Assembly: GCF_006345805.1 (NCBI RefSeq)
Contig: NW_021833807.1
Coordinates: 13,991-77,990 of the forward strand
Reading direction: 5' to 3'
Source of the DNA: Octopus sinensis
Lineage: Eukaryota
Length of the DNA: 64,000 nucleotides
In this document: positions 50,297-61,282 of the stretch, piece by piece
Layout: every line of letters starts with the position of its first letter
How positions within the stretch are numbered: the first letter of the stretch is position 1
Position numbers and translations under genes: made by a program
The notes under the pieces: generated by a model
The model's database searches: none
Seen by the model: the letters and a program-made list of their open reading frames with translations, nothing else
Told to the model about the DNA's origin: nothing

Positions 50297-50402
50297 TTTA
50301 ATTATTTTTATTTTATATATTTTATCGTTTATTTCAAAGAATTTTTTCCTTGTCACGTTGTTATCTTTGTTGAAGTATTTTCCACTGTTCTATGTTTTCT
50401 AG

Positions 50403-51150
50403 ATGCCTAAAATGAAAATTGATCACGAAAAAAAACTCGAAATAGCCCAATATATTAAACGGAACCAGCTTTCAGAGCGCAGAATTGCGGAAAATTTCAA
50501 AGTTAGCAGGGGGCTACAATTTCACGTATAAAAAAAGAATTTCTATTTTCTTGAATGGAACTATTTATTCTGATTTATCCGAGCAAACTAGTGATTCCGA
50601 AAAGCTTAAAAATTTCGATCTTAAAGTTTTCGAAATTTTTCACAAATTGCGACTTGAAAAAGTTTCCTTATCTGGACCGACCATTAAGAAAATTGGGTCG
50701 ATGGTCGCTTCAAAATTATCATTGAATAATTTCAAATCGTCTAATGGTTGGCTTCAAAGATTCATGAAACGACATAATTTTACAATATAAAACATTGTGT
50801 GGTGAAAAGGGTTCCGCAGATACATCCATGCTCCCTCATTTTTTCCAAGAACTAGATACAAAAGTTGTTTATTATGGTAAAGAAAATGTATTTAATTGCG
50901 ACGAAACTGCACTTTATTTCTAAAATACACCAACTAAGTCATTTGTACAATGTGGTGAAAATTCGTTTGGTTTTAAGCAGCACAAGGAAAGGGTTAGCCT
51001 GCTTCTATGCTGCAGTTATCTTGGAGAGAAACTCGAGCCTTTAATTATCGGCAAATATCGAAACCCTCGGTGCTTAAAACAATTCAATCCTGATGTTTTT
51101 AACGTCATGTTCTTTTCTTCTAAAAATTCGTGGATGACAACTGAAATTTT
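50403..51150 (+). mobile_element. Tigger/pogo transposase remnant; second copy from 55050
   Basis: EKKLEIA...FKVSRATISRIK; FKSSNGWLQRFMKRH; FNCDETALYF. Confidence 0.8.
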
Positions 51151-51164
51151 TAACAGAAAGTAAT

Positions 51165-51510
51165 ATTGACAAAAGAATGACTTTCTCTTTAACGGTATCT
51201 GGATTTAGAACCAGAAACTTGTTATTTCTGGATGAATTCGGATTTAATTTGCATACCTCAACAAATTATGAATATGCAGAAGTAAATCATGATCCGATTC
51301 TATATCAACCTGTATCAAAGGGAAAAATATATCGTTGTGTTCAATAATATCCATAATGGGAATAGAACTTTCTAAAATAATTGATGGTGCGTACAACACA
51401 ATTATTTTTTCTGAGTTTATCAATGAATGTTTTACAAAAGGAATTTTCACTGATGATTCTGTGATAATTTTAGATAATGTTAAATTTCATCATTCTTCAA
51501 ATGAGGATAT
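51165..51510 (+). mobile_element. IS630/Tc1-like DDE fragment; second copy about 55810-56160
   Basis: FLDEFGFNL...KGKNISL...VIILDNVKFHH. Confidence 0.7.
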
Positions 51511-51878
51511 ATTAATGAAATACCCTGTAAGAAAATTTCATGGAGACAGTGGATCAGTAAATCATGATGAAAAATATATTGCTGATTTTAATTAAACAAT
51601 TAGTTTAAAAATTGAACAATATGGATTGGACAATGCTTATAATGCAGATAAAACCGGTGAAATTTTTAACAAGTGGTCAGTAATTTTGATTGTGAACTTG
51701 CGAAGAAAAAAAAAAATTTACTTGGAATAGATCAATGCCCATCTCATAAAATTATTGTCACGTTAAACTCTATTGAAATTCTTTTTTGCCTCCTAGAACT
51801 TCCTTGTCTTGCAACCAATGGATCAAGGAATTATAAAATGCTTTAAAGCCGAATTTACCAATTTGAAAATAAATAATA

Positions 51879-53028
51879 TGTCACCGTCCAGACGGCCGGG
51901 GCGCCAGATCGGTCAGGTCAATTATTAAATACAAAACAAATATTTTTCCTACAAAACATTTCATTGCAAAAAAATATTGATAATAAAAAAAAAATCTTAT
52001 TAATAAAAAAGTTCTAAAAAGTTGAAAAGATTAGCATTAATCAATGGTTTTAGTTGAATTAACTCGAGACACCCTCGAAAAAATTAGGGAGTATGGAATC
52101 AGGCCACCTTGATGATTTCTTGAGTTCGGAAGAAAGGGCACGAATACGGAGATATGCCAAAAAATTTAGTTTCAAGGAGAACAACACCTACATTTCTAAA
52201 AATGGCTCAAAGTTGCGTTTTTTTTGTATTGAAGACACTGAACTTAAGTTAAAATTTATTGAAGTAGTGTATTTGTTTATTTAAATTAGGCTCCACGAGT
52301 GCATCAAATGGAAATTTTGATGCTATAAAACATGCGTGAAGAAAATAGCAATGACGAAGTTGAAAGTGGCGATGAAATTTTAATACGCCATGATGGGGAT
52401 GCAAACCGGGTTATAGAAAATACCCATTATACGACGAGATATCTTCACAAAAATATATTGTGAAAAATAGGGATCGAGAACTCGTAACGATAATTAATGA
52501 AGAGGATGAAAAAGATCAAAGGATACATATTAACAGAGTAAAAATAAATTTAACTGCAAATATTCATGGGGTTCGTTCTGTGTTTTTCTCGTGTCATATT
52601 ACTTAATTGTGAAATATTGTGCCATTGTTACAAATTCGACGCGGCCGAAGCGCCGCATAGGAAAAAATATTCACATTGAATCATCCGGCCGTAGGCCGGA
52701 TTGTATTTTAGAGTTTTAATGATAAAAATAGAAATTTACAACATTTTTAAAAATTAAAAATGGATTTTTCTAATAAACTTTATTGTTGAGAATTGTTTGG
52801 CTAACCTTGGTTAAAGCGTTTTTAAATAAAATGCAAAATCAATACGGTAATTATCCGGAAATGACTGGATGTTGGTTTTTATGAATTCAGTAACTTCAAT
52901 ATTTTGGCAAAAATAATATTAAAATCAACAAAAGAATGAACAAAAAAGAAAATAACTTTCGAAAGGTAGTTTTTATTAAAAATTTTATACATAACCGATC
53001 TGGCGCCCCGACCTATCTGGACGTGACA
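51879..53028 (+). mobile_element. Ginger-like non-autonomous element
   Basis: TGTCAC..TCCAGA...GGGGCGCCAGATCGG TIRs; 5-bp TSD TAATA; empty site with a single TAATA at 57563-57567; N-terminus homologous to the other Ginger ORFs. Confidence 0.9.
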
Positions 53029-56000
53029 TAATATAATCGAAAAGGTTGAGACAGGGGAAAATTGACAGAAAAGTTTCGGAAACACTTGTTTAAAGTAAAG
53101 ATTTCGAGAAGGACAATTAACGATATTCCGAAGATGCGTGAAAGGATTTTCGCACAATATAAAATCGTCAATTTCTCTACAAAAACTTTCCGGTGTTTCT
53201 TTTCGGTTGATATATATTCCTCCAGTGCTGAAAACTCTTTCGCTTTCTACAGACGAAGCAGGAGCTGTTAAATATTTCAACGCCATTTTACTTAAGCGGG
53301 GAAATATATTTGTGAAGTTCTTCCACCACGTAAAATATTATCAGTTCGTGGTATTAAATCTAGCTCTAAATAATTTTGAAGTTCCGTCAAATAGCAATGT
53401 TAGTAATTTTTCTCCATAGACATAATTCGGTTAGAAGATGAATTTGAGAAAATATTTCTTCAAATGTAATGTTTCCGAATTTTGTATTTTTGTCAAAGAA
53501 ATGGCATTTTCAGATAACTTCGTGTCAGGAGAATTACTATCCTTCATATATTTAACAATCAATTTTTAATTCTTTCAATCATACAAGTCTTATGAAATCT
53601 TGTTTTAAATCTGGGATCCAATGTTGTTGTAATACATAGTGATTCGTTTTCAAAATAAAAGGTAAATCTTTTATCAATAGAGGACATTAATTTTTCAATT
53701 GTTTCTTTGATTTCATAAAATTCACAAGATTCTTTTGCCTTTTCAAGAAATAAGAGAATTGTTTTGATTGAAGGAATAATCATGGAAGCAGTAGCACTCC
53801 TTTTGCTCGCTTCAATTGTTATTTCCTCAAATGGTTTCAAAATTTTAACAATTTTTTCTGCTGTTATTCACTGTATATCTGATAATATTGAAAGATTATT
53901 ATCAATTGCAAATGTTACGAGAGCTTTTCGTTGTTCGATCACTCTCGATAACATGTAATAAGTAGAATTCCATCTGATATTAATATCTCGAGTAGAATTC
54001 CATCGAAAATTCCATACAACGCTCGAAATGTTAAACAAAATATTTAATTACATTTTAATAAATAAATTATATGTCACAGTCCAGACGTGCGTCACGCCGG
54101 ACGTGAGTCACTTGTTAAAAATTTATAAAAATAAATAAAAAATAACTAAATAGATATACCTTACTCCAATTATACCACATTAGTGTTTTTTATGTCTTTT
54201 TTTGGATAAAAGTTCATATTATTCACCCACAAAAAACAAACATAACGCATTTTTGACCCGACATAACGTTTTTATCGATTAACTTGAATTTTTTTTATTT
54301 AAAAAAAATTTTAAAATATTAAAAATTATTTTTATCTCTTGGACCTCTTGCAATAATAGGAGTGATAACCGGCCTTGTAGCTAGCAATTTTTTGGACTGA
54401 AATCGAATAATTTAACTAATACCTGACAATAAGCACATTTTTCAATTATTTTGCTAATCTCTTCACGAGTTGCACCATATATCTTTCCCTTAAGCATAGA
54501 AAACATTATCTCTTCCAAAATGTACATAATGTGTTCACACTAATCATAATTAAATAAATTGATACTTCTATATATTTCAGCTTTACTCTTGTTCTTCTAT
54601 GCAGAATAATCTGACTTTTTTATTCTTTTGGTATATGTAGGCTATATTTTCCTCAATAAGTATTCGTTAGCAATCCTACGTGGTCTAAAACGTTCTCTTC
54701 TACTGATTCCGTCATCAAATGATCCAAATTGTTTAAAAGTTTTTATTTTCAATAAATCCTCTTGTGATAGTGTAATTAGAAACATTTGATAACGTGCAAA
54801 ATTTAAAAATAAAATACAATAATATATAATATTAATTAAGAAATTGTGATTTTTGAATGATTTTATTATATAGAAAATATAAAAATATCCAAAATCTGAC
54901 CAAGTGACTCACGTCCGGCGTGACTCACGTCTGGACTGTGACATTTAATTATTTTTATTTTATATATTTTATCGTTTATTTCAAAGAATTTTTTCCTTGT
55001 CACGTTGTTATCTTTGTTGAAGTATTTTCCACTGTTCTATGTTTTCTAGATGCCTAAAATGAAAATTGATCACGAAAAAAAACTCGAAATAGCCCAATAT
55101 ATTAAACGGAACCAGCTTTCAGAGCGCAGAATTGCGGAAAATTTCAAAGTTAGCAGGGCTACAATTTCACGTATAAAAAAAGATTTCTATTTTCTTGATA
55201 ATGGAACTATTTATTCTGATTTATCCGAGCAAACTAGTGATTCCGAAAAGCTTAAAAATTTCGATCTTAAAGTTTTCGAAATTTTTCACAAATTGCGACT
55301 TGAAAAAGTTTCCTTATCTGGACCGACCATTAAGAAAATTGGGTCGATGGTCGCTTCAAAATTATCATTGAATAATTTCAAATCGTCTAATGGTTGGCTT
55401 CAAAGATTCATGAAACGACATAATTTTACAATACAAAACATTGTGTGGTGAAAAGGGTTCCGCAGATACATCCATGCTCCCTCATTTTTTCCAAGAACTA
55501 GATACAAAAGTTGTTTATATGGTAAAGAAAATGTATTTAATTGCGACGAAACTGCACTTTATTTCTAAAATACACCAACTAAGTCATTTGTACAATGTGG
55601 TGAAAATTCGTTTGGTTTTAAGAAGCACAAGGAAAGGATTAGCCTGCTTCTATGCTGCAGTTAACTTGGAGAGAACTCGAGCCTTAATTATCGGCAAATA
55701 TCGAAACCCTCGGTGCTTAAACAATTCAATCCTGATGTTTTTAACGTCATGTTCTTTTCTTCTAAAAATTCGTGGATGACACACTGAAATTTTTAACAGA
55801 AAGTAATATTGACAAAAGAATGACTTTCTCTTTAACGGTATCTGGATTTAGAACCAGAAACTTGTTATTTCTGGATGAATTCGGATTTAATTTGCATACC
55901 TCAACAAATTATGAATATGCAGAAGTAAATTATGATCCGATTCTATATCAACCTTTATCAAAGGGAAAAAATATATCGTTGTGTTCAATAATATCCATAA

Positions 56001-56493
56001 TGGGAATAGAACTTTCTAAAATAATTGATGGTGCGTACAACACAATTATTTTTTCTGAGTTTATCAATGAATGTTTTACAAAAGGAATTTTCACTGATGA
56101 TTCTGTGATAATTTTAGATAATGTTAAATTTCATCATTCTTCAAATGAGGATATATTAATGAAATACCCTGTAAGAAAATTTCATGGAGACAGTGGATCA
56201 GTAAATCATGATGAAAAATATATTGCTGATTTTAATTAAACAATTAGTTTAAAAATTGAACAATATGGATTGGACAATGCTTATAATGCAGATAAAACCG
56301 GTGTTTTTACAAGGCGATTCCTTCTAAAATGTGTGCACTAAATCACGGCCTGGAATAAAGTTGTCGAAGGATCGATTTTCTTTACTATTATGCGCAAATT
56401 GTTCTGGTTCCGATAAAAGAAGGCCTAAAAGTCCAAAGTTTTTTAAAATTTTCAACATTGGAAAATATGTTACCTACACCAATTCCAATAAGG

Positions 56494-57319
56494 CAGTGGT
56501 TCCCAACCTGGGGTTCCGCGGAGCCAGTTTTGGGGTTCCGCGAAATTTATTATATTTATTTAATAATAGTTTTTAATTATTAAAATATATTAAACATCCA
56601 CGCTTATATCTTGTTTCTCTTTTGAGTTAGTTGGTCAATTTTATAAGATTTTTAATGAGAAACAATAATTGCATAGGAGATTCCAAAAAATATTCAAAAA
56701 AGGTTTTTCTTATAATTATAATTTAGAAAAGAAAATATGATGAAATACAGTTCTTCAGGACATCAAAGATCATTTGATGATTTTGGACGATAACATTGCG
56801 AAATATTTTCCGGGTAAATTTGATGACGATTGGGTTCAAAACCCATTCAAAGTTAAAGTAATACCAGCAAATCTAACATCAATTGAATATGAACATCTTA
56901 TTGATTTGACATCAGAATCAGCGTCATATCAGTTATATAAAAATGAATCCCTTTTTAATTTTTGGAGGGGATACATTTCAAAATATCCAGATATCTCAGA
57001 AAAGGCTATACGTAAACTATTACCTTTTCCAACGACTTACTTATGCGAGTCTGGGTTTTCAATATATACTTCCACCAAAACAAAATATAGAAATAAACTT
57101 AATGCTTCCGCTGATATGAGGATACAGTTGTCAACAATAACTCCTAACGTTACACAACTATGCTATGATAAAAAATTACCTCGATGTTCACATTAAAATT
57201 GTTTTTGGTTATTACTATTATGTTTTAAGTGAAATTATAATAATTGAATTGGAGGGGTTCCGCAAAAAATTAATTAGCCCAAAAGGGTTCCGCGAGCACC
57301 TTAAGGTTGGGAACCACTG
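56494..57319 (+). mobile_element. Non-autonomous hAT (Buster/Charlie) element
   Basis: 16-bp TIR CAGTGGTTCCCAACCT; perfect 8-bp TSD CAATAAGG; ORF 56774-57196 with LLPFPTTYLCESGFS dimerisation motif. Confidence 0.95.
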
Positions 57320-57822
57320 CAATAAGGCATTGATGAACCATGAAATTTTTAACAAGTGGCTCAGTAATTTTGATTGTGAACTTGCAAAGAAAAAAAGAAA
57401 AATTCTACTAGGAATAGATCAATGCCCATCTCATCAAATTATTGTCACGTTAAACTCTATTGAAATTCTTTTTTTGCCTCCTAGAACTTCCTCTGTCTTG
57501 CAACCAATGGATCAAGGAATTATAAAATGCTTTAAAGCCGAATTTACCAATTTGAAAATAAATAATATAATCGAAAAGGTTGAGACAGGGGAAAATTGAC
57601 AGAAAAGTTTTGGAAACACTTGTTTAAAGTAAAGATTTCGAGAAGGACAATTAACGATATTCCGAAGATGTGTGAAAGGATTTTCGCACAATATAAAATC
57701 GTCAATTTTTCTACAAAAACTTTAAAACAGCTGAAATATCCGGAACTTGATGAAAAGCTCGTCGAGTGGATGGATCTTATGGAATCGAAAGGTATTTTTA
57801 ATATTTTAAAGTTTTAAGGTGC

Positions 57823-58786
57823 TATACCTCGATGAAGTTTAAAACCGACACTGGCGTACCTCAGGGCGACTCGTTATCTCCGGTTCTATTCATAATCTAC
57901 CTGGAGGCAGCCCTAAGACCTCTTCGGAGGAATAAATGCTTCACCAACGTGATGGAAGTAATTTACGCCGACGATATTGATTTCGTCTCCCGAGATCAGG
58001 ACTCACTGGAAAACTTATTAAAAGTGATCCCTCATTCGTTGAAGGACTGGTCCCTTGTAATAAACCCGGACAAAACGGAAAAAACTACCATATCCCGCCT
58101 GGGGACGAGAAACGAGGAGAAGTGGAGAACATGCAAGAAAGTTGGATCTCTCCTTGGGGACTCGGAGGACGTTATTCGAAGGAAAGTGCTGGCTGTTGCA
58201 TCCTTCAAAAAAATGTGGACGATCTGGATGAGGCGCAAGTACATAGGAACCCGCCTTCAAATTCGGCTGTACAACTCCTTTGTCGAACCAATCTTGCTTT
58301 ACAACGCGGGGACCTGGGGCCTAACCGCTAAAGAACTGGAGCAGCCTAACTCTTTCCACAGAAAACAATTACGACTACTCCTGGGAATTCACTGGCCAAA
58401 AAAGATGACCAATAATGAACTCAACAGAATCACCCATACATCCGAGATTGCAAAGAGAGTGATGTCCACGAAGTGGATGCTCTTTGGACATGTCCTAAGA
58501 GCCTCGGAAATGACGCCGGCCAATCAGAACATGGAATCCTACTTCTGCTCATTAAATAAAACGGCATATAGGAACCGACAAAGAACAACATTACCGACTC
58601 GCTCGACCATGATCTCACGTCGATTGGAAGGAAACTGAAATCGGCCGATGATCTGGACGAACTGAGATACCTCGCACGTAACAGGGGAGCGTGGATACGA
58701 CTGACAGAGCGTATCCTGAGTCGGATGGCAAAAGTGGAATCTTAATTAACTTTTTGATTCCGCGAGATTGCTTTAATAATAATAAA
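57823..58786 (+). mobile_element. 5'-truncated RTE-clade LINE
   Basis: GVPQGDSLSP, YADD, KKVGSLLGD; (TAA)n tail; 8-bp TSD TAAGGTGC at 57815-57822 and 58787-58794; related to 29392-32419. Confidence 0.9.
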
Positions 58787-58975
58787 TAAGGTGCATTACC
58801 AAATGATGCCTTATTATCCACCAAGGCCGAAATTGTTGGTCGAGATCTTTCTCTCGATAATTTTACAAACTCTCCGGATTCTTGTTAAAGTTTAAAAAAA
58901 GACATGAATTCGGTCTGAGAAAATTGCATGGTTAGATGAAAACTGATAAAAAATTTTACATCGAAGGATTTTAAA

Positions 58976-59400
58976 GGCCGGGTCGTGCAGTGCTCGAAGA
59001 ATTTGGCAGTTTCGCGAAGCTCTGGGTTCGAATCTCACTGCAACCATTCAGGCCGAAGGTTTCATGCATATTACATGCACCCCGGATTGACGAGTAACGC
59101 CGTCATCAGTGATTTCACTGAGGAACCGGATGTCTACATCGGCCACAGCACGAGAGAAAAATAGATGCGGGGGGACAGTTCGTCTGGTTTCGTTCGTTTG
59201 GATTAGTTAGTTCCTAATAACATGTTCTCTCTTTCTATCTTGATCTTATGTGGCTGGCCAGTGCGAGATTTCAACATTAAGTTGCGATCTCGCGGAACGG
59301 CTGTATTGATTGATTATTGATTGTTTCTTTCATATTTAAGCATCGTTGCTCCGACAGCCTTGATTTTTTGTATTTTTGAAATTTGTTTAAAATGTTTGAT
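58976..59400 (+). mobile_element. tRNA-derived SINE-like head with structured GC-rich body
   Basis: A-box-like TCGTGCAGTGCT at +8 and B-box GGTTCGAATC (59025-59034) at tRNA spacing; acceptor stem does not pair; 3' boundary unknown. Confidence 0.6.
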
Positions 59401-59649
59401 GTTAAATTATATTTTTAATGAGGAAATTGTAATTAATTAGATTAATTTTCCCTGCTGAATTGATTGATTACATGTCTAGACAATATTTTTTGAGTTGGGA
59501 CCAGTATAATGTGACTCCCAGATAAAGCACGTTAATTAATTTACTCGGTCGATTAATTCATATTACATTTCAAAAAGGGTTTGGATGACTGGTCAAATTT
59601 CTAGTAAATGGCTGATTAATTAATATTAAAAATTTATTGTTTATTTTGT

Positions 59650-60058
59650 AAAAGCCTTCCTTTGGAACTGTGGGAGAACTTATCCGCCAGGGGTAGAGAC
59701 CCTTTACAAGCAGTATATCGAGCCAAAAATAGGCTATGCATGTGCTGCTTGGGGCTGTAACCTGGCGGCAACAAACCGGCTAAAAATCGAAAAAATTCAA
59801 GAAAGATCTATCAACCTACTGAAGGACCATACCGATAGGGAAATTGTCCATAGAACACTGGAGTCTCTCGTAGAGGCAAATGGGGGGGATCGTGGAAATG
59901 GACCACAAACCATTCACCGTACATACAGAAAGTGTGTGGGGTGACAGTCGAAACATCGTGAAAAGATGGCTCGAATGTTGAGAAGTGTCGGAATCACCTG
60001 AACGTGTTAGTTAATTGGTTAAGACGGTGATTTTGTTTGGTTTAAATAATAATAATAA
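59650..60058 (+). mobile_element. LINE RT C-terminal/3' fragment with (TAA)n tail
   Basis: LYKQYIEPKIGYACAAW...IEKIQERS; 3' end similar to 21290-21365. Confidence 0.7.
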
Positions 60059-60633
60059 TGAACGATAACAACAAAAACAAACGACAAAATACCAAAAAAG
60101 ATCAAAATAAACAATAATGTACTAAAAAAATAATTTTAAAATCTATATGAATGAAGATTAAATAATTGATGAAATGAATATAAATACACTTGCAAAATAA
60201 ACTTTATTCAAGATATTTTACTAGTAATCAATTTAATTAATCTTTAAACAAATAAAAAACGAAAATATTTAAAAATAAAACATTGATAGCAAGTAGAATT
60301 AAATAAGAATTAGCAACATAACACACAACACAAGAAAATAATATAACGTGGACTTCATGTAAATAATTTGTTGCATTTAATTCGATAAATTAAAAACATT
60401 TAAAAAATTAAATAAATAACATTAAATTTCACCGTCTATTAATGGACCACGCAGTTGAATGGACCGACTACTTTGTATTAAAATAAAAATGTACTTTTTA
60501 TAAATAAATGACGATCGAATTATTTTAAAAATCCGGGATTTTCCGAACAAAAAATTTTCACAGTAAAACAAGAAAATATCTTTAGTTAAAATGATGACAC
60601 ATTTCTTTAAATGTAATTGTTATTTACTAGAAG

Positions 60634-61166
60634 TTAACAAAGCCATCTATCCGAAGTGGACCCCGCCAACATAATTGACGTTGTGTTGCCTCTCAAAATT
60701 GTCAAGCGAGCTCTGGAGTCTCCAAGATACCCAGCCATACTTGAACCGGTCGGGCTTGACCTAGGAGATGGAAAACGTCCTAATGGGATCACAATTTTCC
60801 CATTTGAAGAGGGGAAACCCCTAGTCTGGGACGCAATCTGTATGGACACTCTCTGCCCGTCTAACATTGCCGGGAGCGCAGTGGACAGACTGTATGCCGC
60901 GAAAAAAACGATGAGGGCAAAGGAGAGAAAATATGAAGCGCTGCGAGACCGATTCGTCTTCTGTCCGATTGTGGTCGAGACAACTGGAGGAATAAGTGGG
61001 AAATCGCTTCGCTTCCTAAAGAAGCTTGGACGCTTAGCCACATTAAAAAGCCACGAAACACGTGAGACCCGGTGGCTTCTCCAGTTGATCTCCGTTGCTA
61101 TCTTGAGAGGCAACGCAACGTCAATTATGTTGGCGGGGTCCACTTCGGATAGATGGCTTTAGTTAA
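60634..61166 (+). mobile_element. CRE-like 3' fragment (family F) with an inverted copy of its own 3' end at the 5' side
   Basis: KRPNG...VWDAIC...VETTGG...AILRGN; 60634-60696 is the reverse complement of 61103-61166. Confidence 0.85.
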
Positions 61167-61282
61167 AATTATATAAGAAATTGGATTATATTTTTAAACT
61201 GAATGAACTTCATTTAGAAACTTTCGATTATTTTTGATTTTTTCGATGCACGGAATGTCAATGTTCAATTTTAAACTCAATA

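Larger units (their letters stand above)
48528..57723. repeat. Tandem segmental duplication (unit 1 48528-53186, unit 2 53187-57723)
   Basis: Shared sequence nearly identical with an offset of about 4659 bp; differences are mostly homopolymer indels plus unit-specific TE insertions and a deletion. Confidence 0.9.
56190..58970 (+). mobile_element. Tigger/pogo remnant (DDE part followed by HTH part), interrupted by hAT, RTE and SINE-like insertions
   Basis: QPMDQGIIKCFKAE then ISRRTINDI...KYPELDEKLVEW; 27-nt intron ending at 57818; continues GALPNDALL...KFKKRH after the RTE. Confidence 0.7.

Noticed and set aside
44040-56239. Fanzor/TnpB cargo next to IS630/Tc1 remnants
   Set aside because: No RuvC or zinc-ribbon motifs were recognised in adjacent ORFs.
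58976-59048. Functional tRNA gene
   Set aside because: The acceptor stem has 3 mismatches in 7 and there is no clear anticodon arm; treated as a SINE-like head.
59040-59160. Hammerhead or HDV ribozyme in the SINE-like body
   Set aside because: CTGAGGA (plus strand) and CTGATGA (minus strand) are not followed by a closed stem II plus GAAA, and the P1/P2/P3 order for HDV could not be satisfied.
60634-61166. piggyBac-type TTAA TSD around the inverted CRE fragment
   Set aside because: TTAA is palindromic and part of the duplicated CRE 3' end, so it is not evidence of a TSD.
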